Source: Felis catus
Lineage: Eukaryota
Direction of reading: 5' to 3'
Assembly (NCBI RefSeq): GCF_018350175.1
Contig: NC_058368.1
Location: 143,098,001-143,162,000, forward strand
Length of the DNA stretch: 64,000 bases
In this document: piece after piece, positions 39,252 to 52,735 of the stretch
Layout of the letters: each line of letters begins with the position of its first letter
Position numbering within the stretch: the stretch's first letter is position 1
Notes under the pieces: generated by a model
Databases searched by the model: none
Seen by the model: only the letters and a program-made list of their open reading frames with translations
What the model was told of the DNA's origin: nothing
Program-made: the position numbers and the translations under genes

Positions 39252-39744
39252 TAAAGATTCATGTGCAAGTCTTCGGATATGTTTTTATTTCTCTGGAGTC
39301 AATAGCTAGAAGAAAGGCTAGAATATAAGTGTATGTTTAAGGAAAATTCACAAAATTTTGAGACAACAATAAGTGATTGCCAAGTGCCCCTTAGCCCTCA
39401 GATGAGAGAAACTTCCCAGTTTCTTTAAAGGCATTGGTTCTTAACTCAGTCCTTCTCTTAATGTATTGAATATTCTAGAGATGGAAGAAGAGGTTGGAAC
39501 AGCTCATAGATCCTATCCCTCATTTGCAGAGGAGGACCTCGAGGCCTGAGGAGATAAAGGCGCCCACCAAAAACAGAGCTGCAAGGTAGGGTAAAGATTC
39601 TGGCAAGTCACAAGTGTCAAGAACACTACAGGGCAAACACGAGAACACAGGGTTCTTCACGGAAGGAAATGTTGAGAAGAACTGCACAGCTGGGAGCTGG
39701 CTCACAATGTTAGGCTTCTGGACTGTCAGTTAGAAATGATCTAT

Positions 39745-39945
39745 GGGGTGCCTGGGTGGCTCAGTCGGTTTAAGTATCTGACTTTGGCTCAGATCATGAC
39801 CTTACGGTTCGTGGGTTCGAGCCCTGTGTCGGGGTCTGTGCCAACAGCTCGGAGCCTGGAGCCTGCTTCACATTCTGTGTCTCCCTCTCTCTGCGCCTCT
39901 ACAACTCATGTTGTCTCTCTTTCAAAAATAAGTATTTTTAAAAAT
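39745..39945 (+). mobile_element. Can-SINE
   Basis: SINE consensus. Confidence 0.88.
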
Positions 39946-40378
39946 TTTTCAGAAATGACCTAGTCATCTACACTGGATGACATAGTTTCTCTACCTAGAA
40001 TCTGGTGGGAAAAAATAGTGTTTAGCATAAGCTTCTGATAAAACCCCTCAAGTCCCTGGGACTTAACAGACATGTGCAGACACTCCCCCTGAGGCCAGCA
40101 CTGCACATTTAAAGGGCTGGTCCTTCTGGAGGAGGAGCAAATCAGCACCTCTGTGGGTGCAATCTCACACCTTTACCAAATGCAAAGCTACTTGGCAGTT
40201 TTTCATTTTGATGAAACTTTGCTTGAATTCATTCAAGAAGAATCCAGTGTGGAAATACTTGTTCCCTTTCTCAGTCTTGTTTGCAATAAAACAATAGAAT
40301 AGAATCATTAACTGACCACATCTCTTTCTTATTCCAAAACATAAGCAAAACAAAATTCTAATTAAAATATCAATTCAT

Positions 40379-40491
40379 GGGGGCACTTGGGGGGCTCAGT
40401 TCAGGGAGAATGCAACTCCCAATCTTGGGGTTATGAATTCAAGGTCCACACTGGATGTAGAGGTTACTTAAATCAATAAAATTTTAAAAAA
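40379..40491 (+). mobile_element. Short tRNA-like Can-SINE
   Basis: Flanking atcaattcatg repeat. Confidence 0.8.
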
Positions 40492-40539
40492 TCAATTCAT
40501 GTTTGCTTTCCATTGTCAATATTATTATGCATGACTCTT

Positions 40540-41384
40540 TTTATCTATAGTACTCTTTCAAAAATTTTTAATTTTATGTTTTTAAATTTACATCCAAATT
40601 AGTTAGCATATAGTGCAACAATGATTTCAGGAATAGATTCCTTAGTGCCCCTTACCCATTTAGCCCATCCCCCCCCACAATCCCTCCCATAACCCTCAGT
40701 TTGTTCTCCATATTTATGAGTCTCTTCTGTTCTGTCCCCCTCCCTGTTTTTATATTATTTTTGTTTCCCTTCCCTTATGTTCAGCTGTTTTGTCTCTTAA
40801 AGTCCTCATATGAGTGAAGTCATATGATATTTGTCTTTCTCTAATTTCACTTAGCATAATACCCTCCAGTTCCATCCACGTAGCTGCAAATGGCAAGATT
40901 TCATTCTTTTTGATTGCCAAATAATACTCCACTATATATATATACCCATATATATATATATATACACACACATTATATATATATACACACATTATATATA
41001 TATACACACATTATATATACATACACATTATATATATACATGTGTATATATATACATGTGTATATATATATGTGTATATATATACACATTATATATATAT
41101 AATATACACACACACACCACATTTTCTTTCTCCATTCATCCATCGATGGACATTTGGGTCTTTCCATACTTTGGTTATTGTTGATAGTGCTGCTATAAAC
41201 ATGGGGGTGCACGTGTCCCTTCAAAACAGTACACCTGTATGCCTTGGATAAATGCCTGGCAGTGCAATTGCTGGGTCATAGGGTAGTTCTAGTTTTAGTT
41301 TTTTGTTTTTGTTTTTTTTTCTATTTTTAGTTTTTTGAGGAACCTCCATGTTTTCCAGAGTGGCTGCACCAGCTTGCATTCCCA
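40540..41384 (-). mobile_element. 5'-truncated felid L1 with an expanded (TA/CA) microsatellite (~40930-41120)
   Basis: ORF2 C-terminal peptide EYYLAIKKNEILPFAATWMELEGIMLSEI. TSD tatgca(t/c)gactctt. Confidence 0.92.
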
Positions 41385-44300
41385 TATGCACGACTCTTAG
41401 AAGGATATTTATCAGATCTTCTTTAGCAGTAACAGCAAAGCTTATTTTAGATGGGACACTACTGACACTAAGTGTTGCAATCAACACTGCAATCAGGTAA
41501 GTCAAAAAGTGTACTTAAAGGAAAAATGTTATTAGAAGGAACTCAACCCAACGGCAAATAAAATTATTTTTATTTCTCTCAGAAAAAAAAACTTTGAGAA
41601 GAGAATTTGTTATACAAAAAGAATATACTGGTCAAGTGTTTCTTGGTGTGACCATTTTTCACAAAGTGAAAAGAATTGGAATGGAATTTTAGGATCCTTT
41701 GTACCACATAATGAAGAGGAAGAAATAAAAGCTTATTGAAAATGTTATCTTTACCACATTTACAAGTTTGTCAGTTTTCTCCTAGGAATCCCAGGCTACT
41801 CAGAGAAGACAAAAGCCCTCATCATTATTGCAGTGGGTTTTACAGCTTGAAGATTAAATTGAATTTCAGACGTGGTTCTGTGGCTTCCCTATTTGTTCCA
41901 TGTTGCTTGTCTTTAAGGAACCCAACATCTTGTGGCCCCAAAATTACACTGCCTGCTTTCGGCCTGCAACAAAAACTCTCTCAGTATTGAGGTAGGGATG
42001 GAACCAAAATCTCCATTTTGAAATCTGTGGATTCTAGCAAGGCCGAGGTGGAGGGGAGTTCTTTACTGGAGAATGTATATGGGGAAGGCTAAGAAGGTTC
42101 TGTAGGTAGGGGAATCGGGGTATGTCATCAGCTTCATCTTTACTGACCCCTTCTTTATTTGATTCAATTCCAACAAACCTTGGGTCTCTTTCCAGACAAA
42201 CAGGCACAGGAGGACTCCATATGGGGAGCACCAAGTACTATCATTACTGTCAGCACTTTGAACTTCCTGAACCCCGGGTTTTGGTTTTCTAAACCTTATC
42301 CCCGAGGTTCTTGAGTGCACATGAATTAGCCTACCTTGGCACAATGGCAGATTGTACTTTGAATGTAGTTCGGTCATTGCACACAACTTTCTTGTAGGTG
42401 TTTTCCCCATTATGCATGAAGTAGGCATCTTGGGAATCAAGACATTAGATGGGAGCTTTGCATACGACAGATTCTTAGCCTTTTTTTTATTCACCCCCAA
42501 AATTATAGCACAGTCTCGGGACCAGGCAAAAATAAGCCAGGCAAAAGAAAGGAATGAATGAATCATGGTCAGCAATTCAGGAATTTTTCCAAGGACACTG
42601 CCCTACGACTCCAACAGGCCCCTGGCTCCAATCTTGTTACAGCCTCCTCAGGGAGCAGTCAACTCCGTGATTTCCATTATCTTTCTGTGTTTCATTGCTG
42701 AGGTTGGCCCAGAAAAATATGCCTCTTGGGGAAAAATAGGAGCCCACTGGAGTTCAAACTGGATTCCATCCTTTGTCAGTTATATGGTACTGGGTGACCC
42801 CTGGTTTCCGGGAGTCTCCGGGTGCTCATCCACTCATTTTTCTAGGGTTGTTGTAAGGACCCGCTCTGGATCTTGTACATGCTGTGCCCAACACATGCTC
42901 TGTGGTTAATAAAAGTTCCTGTTCTCCTCCTCTGTAGCGCTTGCTCTTTCAAGTAGAATGAACTCAACCTAGAAATCAATTAAGACTAGAATTATAGGCT
43001 TGAGACATTTTGGTTTGACGAAAAAATCATCAGACAAAAGGACAGTTTGGACCTTTTCTTTTTGTTGGAACCTGAGCTAGAATTTAGCAGACATTGGCTG
43101 AAGACCAAGGCTACATTAAGTCTTGCAATGAGTTTTATTTAAAGGACAGTTTCCTCCAACTTTCAAATCAGGTGGCTCAGGGCCATCTAAAGTGGGAGAA
43201 TTAAAGCAATGGTGACTGGTAACTCCATTCTAACCTGCTAAACGTGGTTCTATGATTAATTCTGACACCAGTTGAGGAAAAGAAAGATCACATGGTATGT
43301 GCTTCACTCTCTGAAGGAGGCTGTATCTGGCCCAGGGGGCAATCTCTGGCAGAGTCTTGGGGGAAATATTTGGTCTTAACCAAGTGCCATTCAATAGTTC
43401 ACTCTTCACTTAGGAGGGGTGCATTGTATCTTCCTGGCTGGTGATGGTAAATGTAGATCCTGGCACCTTAAAAAGATCTGATAGTCCCAAAGATGTGGCA
43501 AGTGAAACCATGTCCAAGGTTATAAACCAAGCACAGTAGAGGGGAACACATTATTATTTATTTTTGTGTTCTTGCCCATGATACTTCAACAGAGCAAGAA
43601 GCTTGTTATCAGCTCTCACATGGGATTTGGAGAAGGCAAATTTTATACAAATGACTTATAAGATGATTGGCCACATTTCTAAATAACACGGCCAAGATAG
43701 GTAAGCCAGGCTAAGAGATGAAAGAGGAAAGATGTCTGGTGTCACTTCACTGGGGTTAGCTTGTTTCCTTAAATGACCTCTATCATCAAGCAATCAAATG
43801 TTTCATTTTTGCTACTGCCGTTGATAAAGAGGTTGACTATGGGGTGTGCAGTGGGGGAAGCTTCTCTGAATTATTCATCAGAATGAACTTTGTAACTAAA
43901 ATGAAGACCGTGGTTACTACCATAGACCAAAGGTCTCAAAGATCAGCCTTAGAGATACAGGTTAAAAAAGAAACTGCAAAATTAGGACATGTCCTTTATT
44001 TTTAAATTAGCTATTCTGTTTCTTGCCAAACTCATAAAAGATTTGAGGTAGATTATAAAAATATAGGTACTACCAGATAGTACAAGACCAAACGACTGAT
44101 CAAAAATTAGGAACAGGAAAAAATAAAGAAGGTCCAAAAAGAAGAAAAAAAAAGCCCCAAATTCTAAGAGAACTCCTAGCTGAGGAACACGACAGCAATT
44201 AAGCCTAAAACCTGGTTTTCAGCTTCCTAGTAGCCAGGGTGATACGGAAATGATGGATTCATGTAGTTTTCATTACCCAGAAATAAGAAACATAGGCTTC

Positions 44301-44620
44301 CCCCAAATTTGCTTCGTCTTATTCTCAGAAAACAAGTTGTGATGGAGATTTTTTTCTTGAAAGGGTAACTGGGTTATACAGCCAAACATTAAAAAAAAAA
44401 AAAAAAAAAATCCCGGCAGCATATTGACGTAACATACATGAACTTCAATCTCTCCTGCAGGAACACTAGGGAGGTAAGATTGCACTGTATCAACACAAAT
44501 TAGGCTCCAGTAGTCAGAATCCCAGAATCCTCAAGCAACCAGAACATGGTCTCAAGTTGGAAAATGAGGCAGATAATTTCCTGGTCAATAAGGAGAGATG
44601 TCACAAAGAATTTTAGTTTA

Positions 44621-45051
44621 GGGGCACTGGGGTGGCCCAGTCAGTTAAGTGTTCGACTTTAGCTCAGGTCATGATCTCGTGGTTCATGGATTCGAGCTCC
44701 ATGTCAGGCTCTGTGCTGACAGCTTGGAGCCTGGAGCCTACTTTCAGGTGTCTCCCTCTCTCTCTTTGCCCCTCCCCTGCTCATGCTCTGTCTCTCTCTC
44801 AAAAATAAACGTTAAAAAAATTTTTTTAGGGTCGCCTGGGTGGCTCAGTCGGTTAAGTGGCCGACTTTGGCTCAGGACATGATCTCGCAGCCCGTGAGTT
44901 CGAGCCCCGCGTCGGGCTCTGTGCCGACAGCTCGGAGCCTGGAGCCTGTTTCAGATTCTGTCTCCCTTTCTCAGACCCTCCCCCGTTCATGCTCTGTCTC
45001 TCTCTGTCTCAAAAATAAATAAACGTTAAAAAAAAAGAATTAAAAAAAAAA
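44621..45051 (+). mobile_element. Two tandem Can-SINEs
   Basis: Second head starts at ~44828 within the tail of the first. Confidence 0.9.
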
Positions 45052-45291
45052 CCTTTTTTTAAACAGTAGCCTTTACAAAAAAAGCAAACACATAAAATTT
45101 TAGTTTATAACCATGAACTCTTTTGAGGCTGGATCCCATTCACTATAACATTAGATAGCTATCAATTTGATTACCTGGTGTCACCTGCTCGTTCTTCTCT
45201 AGGTTACTTGGACCTTTATTCACAGGGTTTTCCTAATTCCATTTTCTCTCCATGCCCCTGTAAATGACAGGGCTTCCTATGGCTCTGGGCC

Positions 45292-45447
45292 TTTTTTTTT
45301 TTTTTTTAAGACGAGAGACAGAACCCAAATAGGCTCCATGCTGCCAGCTCAGAGCCCTACGCGGGGCTTGAACACGAATCCTGAGATCATGACTGGAGCT
45401 GAAATCAAGAGTCAGATGTTCCACCTACTGAGCCACCCAGGCGCCCC
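45292..45447 (-). mobile_element. Can-SINE
   Basis: TSD tctgggcct. Confidence 0.88.
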
Positions 45448-46419
45448 TCTGGGCCTGTCTTTTTCACCCTCTATTTGAGTTCATCTGCCGATGGCTTCAT
45501 CATCAGCCTGTTTTCTGGTAACTTCCAAATTTATTTCTCTAGCCTCCATGCTGGAGAAGTACCTCCAACTCAACATGTCCATAACAGAACTTATCTTTTT
45601 TCACACCAAATCTGGAAACCTAGAAATCCTCCCAACAGTTACCACGTCCTGCAAAGTCTACTGGTAAGGAGTACATGCTCACAGGCCATGAGCAGGGTAT
45701 GCAAATAATTTTGTTCTCAATTTTATTCTAAATGGTATTCTGCCCGGCAGCAGAAACATTGCTTTTGTCAACTCAAGATAAAATCAGCCAGTTAAGGTTT
45801 CCCTTCCTACCACTTCCTTCCTAGGGATCCAAGTGAGTTCCATCAAGTGTCAAAGTAGTCAAGGGGCTAGGAAAGTGGCAGGTTCTGGTTCTCGATCCAC
45901 TTCTGTCGGTGCTGGCATTTGTTTTGAGAGCCTTCTGCACCAGAATCCACGGAGATGTCCATCTCATCTTTGGTGCCAGATCCACACAGGTGACCCTTTC
46001 TCCCAGTTCACCGGCTTCTTCCTCAGTTGCTTCTTCACGTGTTGAAGTTGGGGCAGGGAGGCTTTTCAGGCACTTTCTTTGAGCTCCAACAAACTTGTTG
46101 GGGACCCTCTTAGTGGACACACCACATCATTTCTCCTCAGCAGCTGCTCCATCATCCTGGCCCAGGGGAATTCTTCTGTAGGCAAACCTGGAAACTGAGG
46201 CATGGGTCTCCAATCCTCCATCCTGTTGGGGGGTCATTTGTTTACCCTCCAACCTCTGATCTAAGGCTGGTGTGTTGAAGGGAAGGAGCAGTGTCCAGGG
46301 CCCCTTCTTAGGGGTACTTGCTACCTTCTCATTATCTTGTTCCCTTCAATTCCACTTCCCTGTCCCATAAGAACCTCATGTGAGTGCAGAAATTCAAAAG
46401 AAGCGAAATGACTGTCATT

Positions 46420-46640
46420 GGGGCACCGGGGTGGCTCAGTTAAGTGTCCGACTTTGGCTCAGGTCATGATCTCGTGGTTCCTGAGTTTGAGCCCCGCGTT
46501 GGGCTCTGTGCTGACAGCTTGGAGCTCGGAACCTGGAGCCTGCTTCGGATTCTGTGTCTCCCTCTCTCTCTCTGCCCTCCCCTGCTCGTGCTCTGTCTCT
46601 CTCAAAAATAAATAAACATTAAAAAAATTTTTTTTAAATA
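46420..46640 (+). mobile_element. Can-SINE
   Basis: TSD gaaatga(c/t)tgtcatt. Confidence 0.9.
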
Positions 46641-47736
46641 AGAAAGAAATGATTGTCATTACTGCAGTAACAACCCAATCCTGAGGGCCAGGGAATAGAA
46701 GGCATTTGTTTGCCTGAATTGGGGGGTGGGAGGAAGGGAAACGAAGCAATAAATGCCACAAAAACAGAAATTTAGAATTTCAAAATATGTTCCCATTAGA
46801 TACCTCTTGAGTCTCTCTCATATTCAGTTCCTCTTCTGGCATCATTTCCAGTTTTTGTTTGCTCTTACCTGGATTGCCACAATTAAAAAAAAAAAAAAAA
46901 AAACAGTCATCCTGAATTCTCAATCTGGTCTTGCAGAACCTTTAATCCATTTTCCCCAGCTTTATTGAAATATCTTTTACATATAACATTGTGTAAGTTT
47001 AAGGTGTGCAATGTGATGATTTGATATACGTATTTATTGTGAAATGATTACCACAATAAAGTTAACACCTCCTTCATCTCACGTAGTCTTAAATTTATTC
47101 TTGATACTGTGGCCAGAGTGATTTACTTTCTCTAAAATGTGAATCTAGTCATCATGTTACTTTCCTCATCCAAGGTTTCAGTGCCATCCACTCCCTTTAG
47201 GAGAAGTCAGAACTGCTGAGAACCCAAGACAAGGTTGCGGTCTGGAATGTGCCCACCTCATCTGCTCTGGATTCCTAGCTAAGCCACTGATGGGTCCGCC
47301 AGGGTGTTAGGCTAAATTGGTGTGTGTGGCTCTTTGTGATGTGCCCTTTCCCCTAGGCTCCTCATACATCCAAAGATCCATCTGAATCTTTGTCAAAGTG
47401 GACATGTATTCATCTTTATCTCAGCTCAAATGCCACCCCCTCAGTGACAATGCCCAACTTCTCCTGTCTATTCACCAGAAGCTATGACTCCGTTCAGTCT
47501 TACTAGCTCAGTGTACCTATCAATTAACATGTCTGCTTCCTCCGTCTTGAGGGTAAGGACCGTGAATTATCACCTTTCTGTTCCTTGTGCTTAGTACAGT
47601 GCCCTGTGGCACTGTAGGTATTCACAAAAAGTTTGAATCAACAGCCAACAGGCAGCATCTTCTGCAAAGCCACCATCAAGGTGACAAAAGGCTCTTGGCC
47701 TAAGAGGGAGGCATTGCCTGGAAATAACCAGTTTGG

Positions 47737-47962
47737 TTTTTTTTAATAATTTTTTTTTTAATGTTTACTTATTTTTGAGAGAGACAGAGACAGGATGCCA
47801 GTGGGTTGGGCAGACGAGAGGGAGGCACAGAATCTGAAGCAGGCTCCAGGCTCTTCCGAGGTGTCAGCACAGAGCCTGACGTGGGGCTCGAACTCATGAG
47901 CTGTGAGATCATGACCTGAACCGAAGTCAGACGCTCAACCGACCGAGCCACCCAGGAGCCCC
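47737..47962 (-). mobile_element. Can-SINE
   Basis: TSD tggaaata(a)ccagttt. Confidence 0.9.
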
Positions 47963-48574
47963 GTGGAAATACCAGTTTAAGTATCTCTGTATTTCTCCTT
48001 TCCTTTTTAGTCCTGTCCCCTTCTTCTCTACTTTGAGGACTACAGAGCACAGCACCTTGCATTTTAAACTGCCCTATACACCCCTGATGGTCCTCCAGGA
48101 ACCCCAGATGGGGACACTTTTGTGTACAAAAGCTGGTGGACCAAGTCACTAAGCAAAGGTTAGTTTCTGTTAGGTGTCCCCTCTTTTCTAAGACAGTAAG
48201 CATGTTTAGTCATTCCACACATTTATCGAGTGACTGCTGTGTTCTAAGCACGTTGCTAGGTGTTGCTTATAGTGTAATTTAGAAATAATTTTATCAAGAC
48301 CAGTTAAGTCTATTTTTTTTTTTGAGTTTTTGTTTTTAGGAAAATTTATCCACTTAAAGTTCATTTTGACTGGTGCTATAGAAGGCATTATGGGACATTT
48401 GGTAACTGAGCACCAACCAATCTTTAATACCCCTAATACTGTGTTTAATAAAGTAGCTCCAGGTCAAGGACAAGAGGGTAGCATGAAAAAGGAAAGAAAA
48501 AAGATGGAAATGCTTAAACTGTAATATATCCATAAAATGGAACACTCTGAAGAAGTTAAAAACCATATGTACTT

Positions 48575-48789
48575 GGGGGGCGCCTGGGTGGCACAGTCGC
48601 TTAAGCGTCCGACTTCAGCCAGGTCACGATCTCGCGGTCCGGGAGTTCGAGCCCCGCATCAGGCTCTGGGCTGATGGCTCAGAGCCTGGAGCCTGTTTCC
48701 GATTCTGTGTCTCCCTCTCTCTCTGCCCCTCCCCTGTTCATGCTCTGTCTCTCTCTGTCCCAAAAATAAATAAACGTTGAAAAAAAAAA

Positions 48790-48822
<33 letters not shown>
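48575..48822 (+). mobile_element. Young felid SINE with a (CAAAA)n tail
   Basis: Nearly identical to the copy at 30959. TSD aaaaccatatgta. Confidence 0.93.
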
Positions 48823-50714
48823 CCATATGTATTTGGATGGAGCTTCCAAAGAGATTAAAAAAAGCCCAGCAAATTATAGAGCAAGATGCACTGTAATAGA
48901 ATTTATGTGCCCCCTACCCCCCAAACAATTAGATATTTCTATAAGCACATAAATATTATATATAAATGCATATAAATATGCTAAAAGGACATAATTTCTA
49001 GGGAAGGAATTGACAGATCAAGGGTGCTTTTTGTTTTACTCTTATTAAGAATGTTACATCCATTCTTTTTCTTTTTCTACTGTACTATTAAAAATGTTTG
49101 CAAAAAGAAAGCATATATGAATGAGTAGAATAATTAAAGTTTTTTTTCTACAAAAGGAGAAAGCAGAGACATAAATATTCAGAGACATTATACCATTGTT
49201 AAACAGAAAATGAACGATTTTTCTCATTAAGTGACAGGTTGTTAAATACCAGGAATTGATAAACTTTTGTACCTGTCATTTTAAACAAGGTCTGCAGTTC
49301 ATAGTTTGGGCGTGATGGAGTGGGATGGGTACAGGGTTAGCAGGTACAGGGCCTGTATTCTACTCCTTGGTGGCCTCTGGACTTGGCCAATCACTTAATG
49401 TTGCGGAATCTCAGGCTCTGTAAAATCTACAAAGCGGGGAGAACAGTAACATTTAGGTCATGACATTGTTGTGAAAATTTGTCGTTGACTGTTGTGAGAT
49501 GGCCATGTGCCACAGATCATGAAGTTCTATGGTTTATACTTTGAAATATACCATGGGATTTCAATGCAGAGTATACTCTAAAATAAGGGTTCTGCTAAAG
49601 GAGACCAAGATTAATCAGTAAATAGAAAAATATGAACAAAAATGGTTTAAAAGTTAGAATTTATTTCACAAAGCACAAATGATTTGCAAATCTTATGGAT
49701 CACTTGGAGCCTTATGTGAAAAACAGGAGCTCCTCTTTTCTTCCTGGAAGGTCTAACATGCTCATTTGTTGCCCAGGTGGTGCAAGCTGTGTCTACTCAA
49801 GGAATTCAAGCTAATTTTAACTTAAGCCAGAAATAAAAGTCAAACACCAGACTACAGTCTGAAACCAAACACACAGAGTGGTGTTGTTGTCTTTGTTTAA
49901 GATCGTGTCTACCAGAGATAATTTGTATACAGTTACTCACGAATCAGTATGAAAAAAAGAATAAAGGTCATTTAAGATAACATAGGTATTAACTCTCTAA
50001 ACTTCCCAAAGCAATGCAAACACAAAATCACCTGTTCCTAGTAATGAGTTAAGCATCCAAATAATACGTTAAACAAGATGCAGGAAATACATTTCAGCCC
50101 CTAGAACTTGACTTTGAGGAGAGGCAAGGGAGTCACAGAAAAATAAGCCAAGTTCTACTAGGAAAGTGTCTACCTCCTTTCATCTGTGGCCCTCTATCGC
50201 AACCACCTTTTGGAAACGACAGCTACATGGAAAACCAACACAGTAACAGAAAAGGTGGTGCATGACATTTAATGTAATCAATAAGTCAGTAAGAAAAGTG
50301 AAGTTATTTTCATAAACAACAAGCATTTGAGACTGGGTTTATGGAACAGTGACGTGAGCTTAGTAGACCCTATTTCTGTATTTGTTTCAGTTGCGAAGTA
50401 TCAAAAAAGTCCTAATTCACACTAGGAAATGGAGTTATTTAATAACTCACCTTGAAATACAAAGATGCTCTTCAATATATCGAGATGGCCTTACTGTGGC
50501 CTCTGCACAAAAACAGTTAACCTGGTACTGATGTCTGCTGGATTTCCATGTTTTAACATGTTATAAGAGACATATTTGAGTTGGTCGGTTTTTACTTTTT
50601 TTCAGTTAAAATATATTTAAAGGTTAAATGTTAACAAAGGGTTTCAACACAGTTTGAATATCAATGCCTTAAGAAATGAGTTGCTTTGTTTTTGTGTGAA
50701 ATCTTTTTGAAACT

Positions 50715-52280
50715 CTCCTCTAGGCTTCCATGAGTCCCTACTCTTTGTGTATCCACTCACCCCTCCTGGCCATTGCTTGTCTCTTTCCCAAGCTTTTGTG
50801 CTGCACCTGCCCCGAAGTGACACTTCTATCTTGTGTTCTCATTTCTCACGCCCTCAGTTACCATTACATATGCTGACAGCTCCCAAGCATCGATCTCCAG
50901 TTCATATATTTCTTCTAAGCTCCATCCAGACTCACATCTCCATCTGGCTAGTCCACTGGCACCTTAAACTCAAAACAAAATTAACTCATCATTCATCTTG
51001 CTTTGTCTTGCCTCCTTGCCTCCACCCAAACTAAACCCCTCCACATCTTGAATTTACTCTCAGTAAATGAGGCTGGTCAACTCAAGAGATCTAGCAATCA
51101 TCCTGCATTCTTTGCTTTTCCTTGCCATCTACATTAGGCAAGAAGTCCTACTGATTCTACCTCCTAAATGCCCTCTGAATCCATTCCATCTTCTCCATTT
51201 CCATTGTCACTGCCATACTGCAGCCTTTCAAGAGAGAATGCTGGGATTTGCCTAACTGCCTAGACTTATAGAACATATATAAATGTTAAATATGTGTGTA
51301 TGTGTGTGTATGTATGTATATATATATATATATACATACATACACACACTTAATGTTTATTTATTTGAGAGAAAGAACACACACACGAGTGGGGGAAGGG
51401 ATAGAGAGGGAGAGAGAATCTCAAGCAGTCCCCAAGCTCTCAGCAGAGAGCCTGATGTGAGGCTCGATCTCACCAATGGTGAGATCATGACCTGAGCCAA
51501 AATCAAGAGTTGGACGCTTAACTGAGTGAACCACCCAGGTACCCTCAGAACATATTTTTTATTACATCACTTCTTTACAAAAAAATCCTTCACTATCTCT
51601 GTATGACTTTCAGAATAAAACCCGAATCTTCCATATGACTTACAAAGACTTTACTGATCTACCCTTTGCCGCCTCCTCTACCACCATCTTGCTATATCTC
51701 CTTCCCTAACATCCTGTGTTTCAGTTCACTAACCCATTCTAATTTTCTCAATGTCTCAATGCTTTCATCTCTCTGGGCCTTTGCACAGGACATACTCTGA
51801 AATTCTCTGAAATTTTACCCCTTCTTCAACCAGCTAGCTCCTACTCCTTCTTCAAGATTCAGTCGGGAATCTTCAGGCTTTTGGGAAAGACTCCACAACT
51901 CCTCTCTGGGCTCCCTCATAATAGCGCTCTCCTTTTTGTTTTGTTTTTTAATGTTTATTTATTCTTGAGAGAGACACAGAGCATGAGTGGGGGAGGGATA
52001 GAGACAGAGACATAATCTGAAGCAGGCTCCAGGCTCTGAGCTGTCAGCACAGACCCCGATGCGGGGCTTGAACTCACAAGCCGTGAGATCATGACCTGAG
52101 CTGAAGTCGGATGCTCAACTGGCTGAGCCACTCAGGCGCCCCAATAGTGCTCTCCTTTATGACAGCACTTGCACACTGTGAAGTAACTGTCTGTATCCTA
52201 CACTGGATTAGGAGACTCTCTCTCTGGTCTCTATTCCAAAATGGGGCATAGGACATAGTCTGTACTCAATAAATATTCTA
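50715..52280 (+). mobile_element. L2 remnant interrupted by two minus-strand Can-SINEs (51350-51545, 51932-52142)
   Basis: L2 text (atatgctgacagctcccaa, ctctgggcctttgcacagg, tactcaataaatatt end). Confidence 0.7.
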
Positions 52281-52424
52281 GGTTAGAGAGTAAAAGGCCT
52301 AAGTGAGATATCGAGGGATCACTTATAGGTCTGTTAACAAACATTGACCCCACAGCTTGATTTCCAGTGAGATGGCATTTTACTCTGAGTCTTTGAAATT
52401 AACGCAACTGAAACCCAATCCTAC

Positions 52425-52735
52425 CTCAAAGAGTTAAACGTAAAATTACCATATTGTCCAGCAATTCCATTCCTACACATATACCCAAATAAATGAAAGC
52501 AGGGACCCAAACAATCTGTAAATGAAGGTTCACTGAAGAATCATTCACAACAGCCAAAAGGTAGAAATGACCCAAGAGTCTATCAACAGATGAATGGAAA
52601 CAAAATGTGGTATATCCATACAATGGGGTGAAATTCTGATATATGCCACAATATGGATAAACCTTGAAAAGTTTATGCTAAGTGAAATAAATAAGCCAGA
52701 CACAAAAAAGACAAATATCGTATGATTCCATCGGT
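52425..52735 (+). mobile_element. L1 3' fragment
   Basis: aaaattaccatattgtccagcaattccattccta...atggataaaccttgaaaagtttatgctaagtgaaataa. Confidence 0.8.

Noticed and set aside
45790..46385. GC-richer segment with a 99-aa ORF, possible old LTR or pseudogene
   Set aside because: No recognisable protein or LTR termini. It cannot be assigned without a Dfam or BLAST search.
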